Shown piece by piece: positions 10,562-19,204 of a stretch of DNA of 64,000 bases. The notes under the pieces were generated by a model. The model had not been told where the DNA came from, did no database searches, and saw nothing but the letters and a program-made list of their open reading frames with translations. The first letter of the stretch is position 1; each line of letters begins with the position of its first letter. The stretch comes from Sulfolobaceae archaeon (lineage in GTDB: Archaea > Thermoproteota > Thermoprotei_A > Sulfolobales > Sulfolobaceae): assembly GCA_039793765.1 (NCBI GenBank), contig JBAMMP010000015.1, positions 2,300-66,299 of the forward strand. Reading direction: 5' to 3'. The position numbers and the translations under genes are program-made.

Positions 10562-10630
10562 TGTGCCCCACCCTGCTGAGGGCCCTCATCGGCTCCCATA
10601 GGGCACTCTGGCCCCGATGGGGGGTGGGGC
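10562..10630 (-). ncRNA. H/ACA-like guide RNA hairpin candidate
   Basis: Minus strand has a 9-bp lower stem (10630..10622 with 10573..10565). The pocket strands are CCCAUC and CAGCA. A 6-bp upper stem pairs GGGGCC with GGCCCU. A K-turn-like tandem G.A (AGA vs GAUGAG) sits above it with an apical stem. ACA (10564..10562) lies 14 nt from the base of the upper stem. Confidence 0.5.
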
Positions 10631-10655
10631 TCACCGATTTAACTACGCTTAGCCA

Positions 10656-10663
10656 CTATTAAA
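10656..10663 (-). promoter_or_regulatory. TATA-like box for the minus-strand H/ACA, C/D and udg transcript
   Basis: Minus strand reads TTTAATAG, centred about 30 nt upstream of the first base of the hairpin at 10630. Confidence 0.4.
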
Positions 10664-10668
10664 CGGAA

Positions 10669-10965
10669 TTGAGCAAGGACAAGCTGTTCTACCAGCTCCA
10701 GGACTACATGCTCCTGAGGACTTCGTTGGAGAAGGTCAGGATCAAGCTCGAGGGCTCCAGGTCTCCTCCGTGGGGTTTAATCGAAGAGGAACTTCAGGGA
10801 TTCTTCGCGAAGGGGAAGAACGACCCTTACTTGGCCAACGCTGTGGAATCTCTAAAACTGGCCCTGGACAGCAGGAACAGGGAAGAAGTATTAAGGACAG
10901 TCGACGATACGATAGCTTTGATCGACAGGAAAATAAAGGAAATTTATTCAATGTTGAGAGGCTAG
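10669..10965 (+). CDS. Hypothetical small protein (98 aa)
   Basis: TTG-start ORF with no motif recognised. Its 3' end overlaps the convergent TauE-like gene by 18 nt. Confidence 0.45.
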   Translation: MSKDKLFYQLQDYMLLRTSLEKVRIKLEGSRSPPWGLIEEELQGFFAKGKNDPYLANAVESLKLALDSRNREEVLRTVDDTIALIDRKIKEIYSMLRG

Positions 10966-11814
10966 AGCGACCAGCTCGTATAGTCCGTACATGTTCTTGT
11001 ACATTATGAAAATCGCGACTGCGATAATTATGACGGCGAACACTTTCCTCAGGACACCCCTCGGCAGGCTCGAGGCTATCTTCGCTCCGAGGTAGCCTCC
11101 GGCGATCCCTCCTAGAAGGTAGAGTATACTTATGACTGGGTCAACTAGGCCCTCGATCATATAGGTAGCCGACGCGACTACGCCGAAAGTGCCTACCGAT
11201 ATTAGGGAAGTTCCCACTGCCTTCAGCATACAAACTCCAGTGCTGAAGAGTAGCCCAGGAACAATGAGGAAACCTCCCCCTATGCCGAAGAAGCCTGAAG
11301 CGAAGCCGACGGCGAAGCTCGTGGGTACTAACTTTGGCCAGCTTAACTTCCCGCACTCTTTACGCGAAGCCGTGGCGGGATCGTTGCCCAACGACCTCGT
11401 TTTCGCCTTAGATCCGCCTTTCCAAACGTAAACGGCAATAACTATCATTAAAATGCCGAACAGGAAGAGCAGAAGCGCTCCGTGGACTAGCAACCCGACC
11501 TTGGCTCCGACGAAGCTCCCTAATGCTCCCACTAGCGCGAAGGCTACTGCCTCTTTAACCCTTACGTTGCCCTTCCGCCAATGCATGTAGGCGTTTATGT
11601 AGGCGTTTAGTCCGACTGCTAACGCTGTCGTCCCTATGACTAAATGATCAATGTAATTCTCTGAGTACTGAGTATCGTAAGCGAGGCCCACGAAATATAG
11701 GAGTAAAGGAATGGCTAGGATCGAGCCGCCTCCTCCGATGAGTCCCAGGGAAAAGCCGACTAGGAAGCCGCTGACCACCGTCAGGACGTACTGCAATGAA
11801 GACAGCTCAATCAC
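10948..11814 (-). CDS. TauE/SafE (DUF81) family anion-exporter-type membrane protein
   Basis: 288 aa polytopic protein. Contains GLIGGGGSILAIPLLLYF and a second repeat GFFGIGGGFLIVPGLLF, both typical of TauE. Confidence 0.85.
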   Translation of the reverse strand: MIELSSLQYVLTVVSGFLVGFSLGLIGGGGSILAIPLLLYFVGLAYDTQYSENYIDHLVIGTTALAVGLNAYINAYMHWRKGNVRVKEAVAFALVGALGSFVGAKVGLLVHGALLLFLFGILMIVIAVYVWKGGSKAKTRSLGNDPATASRKECGKLSWPKLVPTSFAVGFASGFFGIGGGFLIVPGLLFSTGVCMLKAVGTSLISVGTFGVVASATYMIEGLVDPVISILYLLGGIAGGYLGAKIASSLPRGVLRKVFAVIIIAVAIFIMYKNMYGLYELVALASQH

Positions 11815-11827
11815 GTTGTGGATTTTG

Positions 11828-11839
11828 ACTTTCGAAAGT
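11828..11839. promoter_or_regulatory. Perfect 12-bp palindrome ACTTTCGAAAGT upstream of the TauE-like gene (candidate operator)
   Basis: Read directly from the sequence. It lies 14-25 nt upstream of the GTG start at 11814 and immediately downstream of the DtxR-family gene. Confidence 0.35.
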
Positions 11840-11894
11840 TAAAAGTTCTTTTACTCAACGATATGTCTTCTCAATTTTCATCGAGTTGAATAAA

Positions 11895-12314
11895 TTAAGG
11901 TATTGGGTTCCCATGGGGGCACTCCTTAGGCTCTCCTAGGTACTTGTACAGCACTTCGATCACTTCTTCGGGAACGGTCACGTCGAATTGGGCCGACAAC
12001 TCGCAGGCCTTCTCGGGGCTCACGCCCGCCTTAACCAGCAAAAGCTCTATAACCCTGTGGGCCTTCTTGTACTGTTCTAACGCACTCCTTCCCTTCTCGG
12101 TCAGTTTCACGGCCTTTCCGTTCCTCTCCACATATCCCTTCGCTTTCAGGTGAGAGACCTCCTCGTAGACCGACGGGACGCTGACGTTAAGGTACTCCGC
12201 TAAGGCGGTGAGCGTGACCCTAGGGTTGTTCTTTTCGAGAGTCTCGATCGCCTCTAGGTACTCGATCTCCCTTTTCGAGACTCCCATAGTTCGCTGGGGA
12301 TCTTTCGGTCTCAT
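11895..12314 (-). CDS. DtxR/MntR-family metal-dependent transcriptional regulator (short form)
   Basis: 139 aa. Contains the wHTH EYLEAIETL...LAEYLNVSVPSVYEEVSHLKAKGYV and a dimerisation/metal-site region ending in CPHGNPIP. Confidence 0.85.
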   Translation of the reverse strand: MRPKDPQRTMGVSKREIEYLEAIETLEKNNPRVTLTALAEYLNVSVPSVYEEVSHLKAKGYVERNGKAVKLTEKGRSALEQYKKAHRVIELLLVKAGVSPEKACELSAQFDVTVPEEVIEVLYKYLGEPKECPHGNPIP

Positions 12315-12324
12315 AGCTAATAAC

Positions 12325-12759
12325 CTAACCGCCCTTTAACGAGTCCTTCACGCAGTTAGCCAAACCCTCCAGAATCCTAGAGACTACCGGATTTAGCACC
12401 CTGGACGCCAGAGAAGCGAGGACGCCCGAAAGTCTCACGTCGCTGTCGTAATCCAGCTTGGATCCCGAGACCTTCAGGTTAGTAACGAGCTCGACCACGC
12501 TGTTCATACCTTTGCCCTTCGCATTGAACGAAATGGTTCTGGTGACCTGATCGATCTTGGTGAAGACCACATCAGCGGTGTAGTCGCCCTTTATGAGACC
12601 GACAGAGATTTGGCCCATGACCCTGTAGGTGTTATCGCCAATCTTCTCTATGCTCTTCAGACCAGGGAAACACCTCGACACTTTATCGATGTCCGAAACG
12701 AAGCCCCATATCGCGTCTTCCGAAAGGGGGGACAAGTCCACCGATCCTTGGACTCTCAT
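12325..12759 (-). CDS. SRPBCC / CoxG-family protein
   Basis: 144 aa. The N-terminal pattern (IWGFVSDIDKVSRCFPGLKSIE) is typical of CoxG-like proteins. A 10-nt gap separates it from the downstream DtxR gene. Confidence 0.7.
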   Translation of the reverse strand: MRVQGSVDLSPLSEDAIWGFVSDIDKVSRCFPGLKSIEKIGDNTYRVMGQISVGLIKGDYTADVVFTKIDQVTRTISFNAKGKGMNSVVELVTNLKVSGSKLDYDSDVRLSGVLASLASRVLNPVVSRILEGLANCVKDSLKGG

Positions 12760-12850
12760 CCAGACGATCGGTGATTGATGTTTTCGGGGGTCTATAACCT
12801 TGTGTTGCTGAGCGACGAACGTTTATAGTGCATGAAACTAGTACTGTGCG

Positions 12851-13717
12851 ATGAAGGGCGTAATAGTGGCAACGGTCACCCCCTTTAACGACGACGGGTC
12901 AGTGAACTTAACGATAATCCCAGATTACGTCGATTACTTGAAACGCGAGGGAGCCGACGGCTTCTTCATCAACGGCACGACTGGGGAGGTGAGCCTGCTT
13001 ACCTATCAGGAGAAACTGGAAATAGCGAAGAAGTTCCTCGAAATAGCCCCTAAGGAAACCATCGTCGGAATACACGAGAACTACACCGAGAGGGCGGTGC
13101 AACTGGCCAAGGAAGTCGTCAACAGCGGAGCTTACTATATCGCGAGCCTGCCTCCCATTTACTTAAGGCCGTCGGATAAGGGCATTATACAGTACTACGA
13201 GAGCCTGTCGAAGCTGGGCGTCCCAGTCTTCGCTTACTATTACCCTTCCAAACTGGGCTACACCATAAGTCTAGAGACCTTCAGAAGGATGGCGGAAGAG
13301 GGGATAATTGCTGGAATGAAGTTCACCACCACAAACGCGTCGGAGTTCTACGCTTACATGTCGGAGCTCAAGTCCGCCAACAAGGACTTCGTTATGCTGA
13401 ACGGAGACGATTGGCTGTTACTCTACGGCCTATCGATGGGGGCTAACGGTGCTGTGAGCGGCGTGGCTAACGTGTCCCCCGCCTTGGTGAAGTCTCTCCA
13501 AGTGGCAATACAGGGCGGCGACCTCAAGAAGGCTGTGGAACTGCAGAGAGCCATAAACGAGTTGCTCTCTGCCATAGGGAAAGCGGACTATCCAGCAGGA
13601 TTAAAGGAGGCCCTGAAGTACAGGGGAGTGTTCGTGGGGACTGTCAGGAAACCGTTGGAAAGCAATTTAGAGTCGGGGTCGCTCATTTACGGATTGTTGA
13701 AGAGACTCGGGTTGTGA
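12851..13717 (+). CDS. DapA/NAL-family class I aldolase (KD(P)G aldolase-like)
   Basis: 288 aa. Contains VTPF, FINGTTGE, YYYP and the Schiff-base lysine context GMKFTT. Confidence 0.8.
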   Translation: MKGVIVATVTPFNDDGSVNLTIIPDYVDYLKREGADGFFINGTTGEVSLLTYQEKLEIAKKFLEIAPKETIVGIHENYTERAVQLAKEVVNSGAYYIASLPPIYLRPSDKGIIQYYESLSKLGVPVFAYYYPSKLGYTISLETFRRMAEEGIIAGMKFTTTNASEFYAYMSELKSANKDFVMLNGDDWLLLYGLSMGANGAVSGVANVSPALVKSLQVAIQGGDLKKAVELQRAINELLSAIGKADYPAGLKEALKYRGVFVGTVRKPLESNLESGSLIYGLLKRLGL

Positions 13718-13772
13718 TGAGGGTCGATGTGAGGAGGCCATCAGTGACTGGAATATCCCCGTCTGATCCCCT

Positions 13773-14474
13773 TTATGGCTTAATGTCAATCACGTAAACG
13801 AATATCGTCGAGTCGTTAAGGAGAACCGGAAGTATCACTACCGTTTCGTGATCGATGTTACCCGTCACGTACACTAAGCTGACGTACTCTGAGCCGTTGT
13901 ATGCTGTGACGGTGTAGTTCTTGAGCTGTAGTACTCCAAATAAGGAGAAGGCCGTCACGTTACTGCCTTGAGGAACGTTTAGAGCGATATCAATCAACGA
14001 CCCGTTTGGTGCCATGATGTACATAACGGCCTTTGCTTCTGAGATCAGTTTCTTCCAATTCATCAAACCGTATTCTGGATATATAACAGAGATTTTGGAA
14101 TAAATGAGCGTTGTACCCCCAATAGAGAGGGCGCCCTCCCACTCATCCTCTTTGAACACGTAGAGTTGATTTCCCTGTACTGGCGTCGAGTAAAGGACGA
14201 AATAAGCGGGGTAACTGCTAACGTTCTTCGAGTTGGTGTAATTCGTGAAGCCGGTCTGCGATACACTTCCATTATCAGCGCTGGCTACGATCCCAGGGAT
14301 GATGTTCACGTATTTCGCACTAATCGCACTTTGCTCGTCGGCTTCGTTTTTCTTGAACTTGGAGATCCAACCCTTTACCATGTTGTTATTTGCGACTAAG
14401 TAAGCCGCGAAACCTAAGGACATGGCTAGTATTATCCCTATGATGAAAGCAGCAGCTATCTTGTCTAGGTTCAC
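13773..14474 (-). CDS. N-terminally membrane-anchored extracellular protein (hypothetical)
   Basis: 233 aa. Has one N-terminal TM (AAFIIGIILAMSLGFAAYLV) and several N-x-S/T sequons. Confidence 0.55.
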   Translation of the reverse strand: MNLDKIAAAFIIGIILAMSLGFAAYLVANNNMVKGWISKFKKNEADEQSAISAKYVNIIPGIVASADNGSVSQTGFTNYTNSKNVSSYPAYFVLYSTPVQGNQLYVFKEDEWEGALSIGGTTLIYSKISVIYPEYGLMNWKKLISEAKAVMYIMAPNGSLIDIALNVPQGSNVTAFSLFGVLQLKNYTVTAYNGSEYVSLVYVTGNIDHETVVILPVLLNDSTIFVYVIDIKP

Positions 14475-14583
14475 CTATACCCTAAATCGTTTTGGGCTCC
14501 TCAACGTATTTAACGATAATCGGAACTCCTGACGGATTTATGGTAGTAAGGTTTTTGATCAGAGGCTTGAAGAACACAACGAA

Positions 14584-15030
14584 TTGGGACTGAGGTTCAG
14601 GTCTGAGACATCGAGGAGGATTTACGCGTACATGCTGAGGGTCGGAAAGCCGGTCAGACTAAGCGACATTAGGAGGGATCTCAATCTAGGTAGTTCTGCC
14701 TTAGTGAAGCACCATATAGACAATTTGATGGCGGAGGGCTTAGTCGAGAAGGTTGATGAAGGGCTGTACGTCGCTAGACCGCCTAAAGGATATGTGAAGC
14801 TATTGAGGTTCGCCGTGCCTAGTAAAGTCTTACTCGGCTCAATGCTGGTTGCCAGCGTTCCAGTCGAGGTTTCCCTTTATTCCCTCAACCCATCCGCCTT
14901 GTTGCTGTACTCGATGATAATTTCGATAATTTCGGGCGTCGCGATGTTCTATGAAGGGTACAAGTCATACGAAGAGCTGACCAGGGTTGATAATCCAGGT
15001 AAGGGAAGAACAGGGGAAGAAGAGGATTAG
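14584..15030 (+). CDS. Membrane-tethered winged-helix transcriptional regulator (hypothetical)
   Basis: 148 aa. The wHTH (RIYAYMLRVGKPVRLSDIRRDLNLGSSALVKHHIDNLMAEGLVEK) is followed by two hydrophobic segments. Confidence 0.6.
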   Translation: MGLRFRSETSRRIYAYMLRVGKPVRLSDIRRDLNLGSSALVKHHIDNLMAEGLVEKVDEGLYVARPPKGYVKLLRFAVPSKVLLGSMLVASVPVEVSLYSLNPSALLLYSMIISIISGVAMFYEGYKSYEELTRVDNPGKGRTGEEED

Positions 15031-15208
15031 CGGTCTCGTTCCCGCCAGGTGTTATACGAGGCCCCTAAAAGTCGAAATAGTGATCGAAGGCCTTAAACTA
15101 GCAGACAGTAATTGCGAGTGCGGGGAAAGGCTCTGTAGGCACGCCAGGACTCTTTACTTGGAGTACTTCGCCTCAGTTGCAAGGAATTCCTCAAGCAGTA
15201 GACGCTGA
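14987..15208 (+). CDS. Possible small SWIM-like zinc-finger protein
   Basis: 73-aa ORF containing CECGERLCRHA (a CxCx4CxH pattern). It overlaps the upstream gene by 44 nt; an alternative GTG start is at 15080. Weak call. Confidence 0.3.
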   Translation: MIIQVREEQGKKRISGLVPARCYTRPLKVEIVIEGLKLADSNCECGERLCRHARTLYLEYFASVARNSSSSRR

Positions 15209-15301
15209 ACTGTACTTAATCTAATTCGGCCTCTATGCGAAAATGCTCGAAATCCCGAGACCGTTGTATCCTTATAAACGTCCCATCCCTCTCCTAAAGC
15301 T

Positions 15302-16618
15302 GTGAAGTACACAGAAACAGCCCCTAAGCTCTTCCTTAACACGGGGACCAAGTTCCCCAGGAAAATAATTTGGGCCATGGGTCTGATAAAGTACTCCGCC
15401 GCTAAAGTCAACTCGGAGCTAGGCCTTCTCGACACTAAGATTGCAGAGGCCATCATGACAGTGGCCAAAGAAGTGATGGAAGGCAAACACGACGACAAGG
15501 TCGTCCTGGACGTCTTCCAAACTGGTTCGGGAACCGGTCTCAACATGAACGTGAACGAGCTGATTGCCGAGGAGGCCAGCAGGAGGTTCGGCCTAAAGGT
15601 TCACCCGAACGACCACGTGAACATGGGGCAGTCCTCTAACGACACGGTCCCAACGGCGATAAGGATCGCCGCTGTAGCTGAAGTTGAGGAGAAGTTGATT
15701 CCCGCAATGAGGAAAATTATCGGCACGCTGAACAAGAAGTCGGAGGAGTTCAAGGACGTCGTTAAGGCGGGGAGAACTCACCTGAGGGACGCTATGCCCG
15801 TGACTTTAGGCCAGGAGCTCTCGGCCTTTGAAGACGCCTTCTCCCACGACCTGCGCCTCCTCAACCAAGCTCTGGACTACGTTAGGGAGTTACCAATCGG
15901 TGGCACAGCTGTTGGCACGGGAATCAACGCGCATCCCGAGTTCCAGACCAGGATGATAGCCGTCTTCAACGAGGTCACAAACCTGAACTTCGCTCCAGCG
16001 AACAAGTTCAGGGGGCTAAGGCTCTTAACCGACTTGCTCGTCCTGAGCGGCGTCCTCAGGAACGTCGCCGTCGACCTCTACAGGCTCTCTCAGGACGTGA
16101 GGCTCATGTTCTCCGGGCCCATGACTGGCCTTAACGAGATCGACCTGCCGACTCAGGAGGAGATCGCTGGGAGCTCGATAATGCCTGGAAAGACGAACCC
16201 CGTGACGGTAGAAGCTGCCTTATTAGCGTTCTCCCAGGTCACTGGGCTCGACGAGGCGAACGTGAAAGCTGCAATGCTGGGAGAGTTTGAATTAGCAATG
16301 GGCGTTCCATTGATGGGATATAACGTAGTTACACAAATCAACGTCCTCTCCGAGGCCCTGAACAAGATGGCCGACCTGGTCATAGCAGGGATGGTGCCCA
16401 ACGTCGAGAAAATGAAGCACTACGCCGAAAGCAGCCCATCCCTAATAACGGTGCTATCGCCGAAGATCGGCTACGATAAGGCCACCAAGATAGGCAAGGA
16501 GCTAGCTAAGGGGAAGAGCATAAGGCAGGCCCTTAAGGAGCTGGGCTACTCTGACAAGGACATCGATGAGATCTTAAATCTCAGAGAGCTAACCAAGCCC
16601 GGCTTGCACGCGAAATGA
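15302..16618 (+). CDS. fumC: Fumarate hydratase, class II
   Basis: 438 aa. Contains the signature [11 protein letters not shown], plus QSSNDT and [14 protein letters not shown]-like cttataaac lies about 25 nt upstream of the GTG. Confidence 0.93.
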   Translation: MKYTETAPKLFLNTGTKFPRKIIWAMGLIKYSAAKVNSELGLLDTKIAEAIMTVAKEVMEGKHDDKVVLDVFQTGSGTGLNMNVNELIAEEASRRFGLKVHPNDHVNMGQSSNDTVPTAIRIAAVAEVEEKLIPAMRKIIGTLNKKSEEFKDVVKAGRTHLRDAMPVTLGQELSAFEDAFSHDLRLLNQALDYVRELPIGGTAVGTGINAHPEFQTRMIAVFNEVTNLNFAPANKFRGLRLLTDLLVLSGVLRNVAVDLYRLSQDVRLMFSGPMTGLNEIDLPTQEEIAGSSIMPGKTNPVTVEAALLAFSQVTGLDEANVKAAMLGEFELAMGVPLMGYNVVTQINVLSEALNKMADLVIAGMVPNVEKMKHYAESSPSLITVLSPKIGYDKATKIGKELAKGKSIRQALKELGYSDKDIDEILNLRELTKPGLHAK

Positions 16619-17052
16619 GCACTTGTGTTTCCATAGTTTTCAAGGACGACTCTTTTCTGTTAATCTTCAAGAGGCGAGGCTTAGGTAGGGGAGGGTACAA
16701 CTTCCCTGGAGGCAAATTGGAACAGGGAGAGTCGCCGGTGGAGTGCGCTAGAAGGGAGACGCTCGAGGAAGTGGGAATAGAGTTGAACGACGCTTATCTG
16801 CTAGGTACTGTAACTTTCGTTCACGGTGTCGAGGAGAAAATGTACGTAGTCGTATCACGTAGCTTTGTTGGAATTCCGAGCGAGAGCGACGAGGCTTTCC
16901 CTTTCTGGGCGAAGGAGCTCCCGCAGGAGGGCACGTGGCCCGACGACGTAGTTTGGTTCGACTACGTGAAAAGAGGCCAGCCCTTCGAATGCGTTTTTAG
17001 GTTCAGCGAGGACTGGAGCGAGTATTACGGAGGCTATTGCGAGGCGAAATAA
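16615..17052 (+). CDS. NUDIX hydrolase
   Basis: 145 aa. Nudix box [30 protein letters not shown] overlap with the fumC stop. Confidence 0.85.
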   Translation: MSTCVSIVFKDDSFLLIFKRRGLGRGGYNFPGGKLEQGESPVECARRETLEEVGIELNDAYLLGTVTFVHGVEEKMYVVVSRSFVGIPSESDEAFPFWAKELPQEGTWPDDVVWFDYVKRGQPFECVFRFSEDWSEYYGGYCEAK

Positions 17053-18678
17053 ATGGAAGTCCTGGAGCTGTTCACGCTGGCGCTGGTGATGGCGACCCTT
17101 TCAGGGGTCGCGCTACAGTACTTCAGAGTGTCCCCTGTGATCGCCTACATACTGGCCGGGGCTTTGCTGAACTTCTTCGGCGTCGACCTGAACTCACAAG
17201 TGTTCCAGTTCTTAGCCACACTTGCCGTCCAGCTCTTGGCCTTCAGGATAGGACTGACGTTCGACGCCTCTACGGTTAAGCAGGTCTTCGGTCGAGCCTC
17301 GATCATCGTTCTGGTCGAGGTACTATTGATTGGATCGACTGTATCGGCGCTGTCGGCTATAATTGGACTCAACGTGGCGGAGGCTGTGTTGTTGTTCGCA
17401 ACGGCAGTTAACACATCTTCCTTTATCGCGTTCAAACAGTCTAGGAGCTGGCTTCCTGCGGAGGACTTCAAGATCGTTATGGCTGTATGCTCGCTAGAAG
17501 ATATAGTCGCGTTCGTGGCCTTAGCCGCCCTAACTGGGCAACTGCTTAGCGCTTACAGCGCTTTCATTCTTCTAGTCGAGGGTCTAGCCTCATTCGCCCT
17601 AGGCTATTGGGTGGCCAAGCGAATAATTAGTTTTACTTTAACAAAGTACCCTAAAGAGCTATCCACGCTAGCAGTTATAGCGTCAGTGCTCATATTCGCA
17701 TTGTTGGGGAACACGTTAAACATTCCAGAGGTGCTCCCGCCCTTGGTCTTTGGGCTGGCGATGTCTTATGCGCTCAGTAGCAAGCCCTTCAGTGGAGCGG
17801 TCTTCGAATTAGAGAGTAGGCTAGAGCCCCTAATCGAATTCTTCCTCGTCATCTTCTTTGTTATGGCTGGGCAACGCATAACGGTAAGCCCTGAAACGCT
17901 CGTCCTTGTCCCGGCCGCCCTCGGGATAATTTTTTTGAAATTCCTTTCGTTTGGAGTCGGATATTGGATAGTTCAGGGTGACTTTGCCAGGGCTTTCGCC
18001 ACGGGACTCAACATGACTGGATTGAGCGAATTCGGAATAGTCGTGGGTCTTAGTGCTCTGTCCATGGGCTACAAGCTCGGCTACACTTTCGACCTGGCCG
18101 TCATCGCGTTTGGCACCTCGACTACACTCTCGGGATTCTTAGTAACGAGAACAAATTCGTTCCGGGAGAAATTGTCTAGTTTGCAAAAAAGGAGTGTCGT
18201 GCTAAAGGAGCTGAATAACGTCCTGGTGATGCTCAAAGGCAGACTTTATGTTCCTTCGACATTGAATCAGGTGTCCGCTGTAGTTTTTAAGATGGTTAGT
18301 TTCTTGGGTGCGATAGCGTTACTTTCTGGTTTTGGTATGGGACTAGCTTTCAACTACTTAAAGCAACAACCGGAGCTCTTGTACTCCTCGTTGGGTGCGA
18401 TAGCAGCGGGCGCCCTCATTTCCTCATTCTACGTTTTCTACGACGCCTTTAAGGATGTGGTAACCCTGGTTTCCATAAACCGTGAGAGCAGGAGGCTCCT
18501 TTGGTCTCTGACCGTCTTAGGTTACTTGCTGTTCGCGCTGGGACTCCTATCAGTCTTGGGAGCCATCACTAGGGTAATACTCTTCGACATTGTAATGATA
18601 TCAATCATTCTCGGCTACGCGTTTTACGTATATTCGAAGGGACGGGAACAGGCCAGGCGCCAAAGAGGAAATGGTTAA
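17053..18678 (+). CDS. Cation:proton antiporter (CPA2/Kef-like) membrane protein
   Basis: 541 aa polytopic protein. The N-terminus RVSPVIAYILAGALLN is typical of the Na+/H+ exchanger family. It starts on the base after the NUDIX stop. Confidence 0.75.
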   Translation: MEVLELFTLALVMATLSGVALQYFRVSPVIAYILAGALLNFFGVDLNSQVFQFLATLAVQLLAFRIGLTFDASTVKQVFGRASIIVLVEVLLIGSTVSALSAIIGLNVAEAVLLFATAVNTSSFIAFKQSRSWLPAEDFKIVMAVCSLEDIVAFVALAALTGQLLSAYSAFILLVEGLASFALGYWVAKRIISFTLTKYPKELSTLAVIASVLIFALLGNTLNIPEVLPPLVFGLAMSYALSSKPFSGAVFELESRLEPLIEFFLVIFFVMAGQRITVSPETLVLVPAALGIIFLKFLSFGVGYWIVQGDFARAFATGLNMTGLSEFGIVVGLSALSMGYKLGYTFDLAVIAFGTSTTLSGFLVTRTNSFREKLSSLQKRSVVLKELNNVLVMLKGRLYVPSTLNQVSAVVFKMVSFLGAIALLSGFGMGLAFNYLKQQPELLYSSLGAIAAGALISSFYVFYDAFKDVVTLVSINRESRRLLWSLTVLGYLLFALGLLSVLGAITRVILFDIVMISIILGYAFYVYSKGREQARRQRGNG

Positions 18679-19174
18679 CCCAGAAGAAGCCGCGCTGATA
18701 TATAATGAAGACCTTGGCTCCCCTGACTAAGTGGATTTCACCGTCCCTTCCTTTCAACTCGTAGTCCCTGCCAAAAGCATGAAGATATGCCACAATACTG
18801 CAAATGACAGCGTCCTCCTCGTCCCTAGTCGTTTTCGACATCTCGATAAACGTGAAGCTCGAGAGCTTCCTCGTTGCTCCCGGATGAGTCTCGATTAAGT
18901 TGAGGTGCGAAGCCTCGGCGAGCCTCGCGAATTCGTCCACGAGTTTCCTGAGGAAATTGGGAGGGAACACTCGCAACCCTTGGGATATCATCGCGAGCTC
19001 GAAGTCCCTGTAACCAGACTTGAGGCTGAAAGGCGCGTCGACCGCTACGACCCTACAAGACTTCAAAAACGACGGAATTAGTTCGTTCTTCAAGATGTAA
19101 ACAGCGCCCTTCTTACCGTCGAAAACCGCTACTGAGGACGGCCTCTTGTAAGCCAAATCCACGCCGCAATACAT
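18605..19174 (-). CDS. Hypothetical protein, DUF429-like (RNase H-like fold suggested)
   Basis: 189 aa. Pattern is GVDLA ... VVAVDAPFSL. Its 3' end overlaps the convergent antiporter gene by 74 nt. Confidence 0.45.
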   Translation of the reverse strand: MYCGVDLAYKRPSSVAVFDGKKGAVYILKNELIPSFLKSCRVVAVDAPFSLKSGYRDFELAMISQGLRVFPPNFLRKLVDEFARLAEASHLNLIETHPGATRKLSSFTFIEMSKTTRDEEDAVICSIVAYLHAFGRDYELKGRDGEIHLVRGAKVFIIYQRGFFWVNHFLFGAWPVPVPSNIRKTRSRE

Positions 19175-19204
19175 TATTAAACTGAACTAGCCCAGATTTG
19201 GCTT

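Noticed and set aside
13714-13766. Possible third C/D box sRNA: a perfect GUGAUGA overlapping the aldolase stop, with CUGA 42 nt downstream.
   Set aside because: No acceptable internal D'/C' pair exists at the 12-nt guide spacing (GGAG and UCAGUGA are poor, and the second spacer would be 15 nt). It is kept only as a weak possibility pending RNA-seq.
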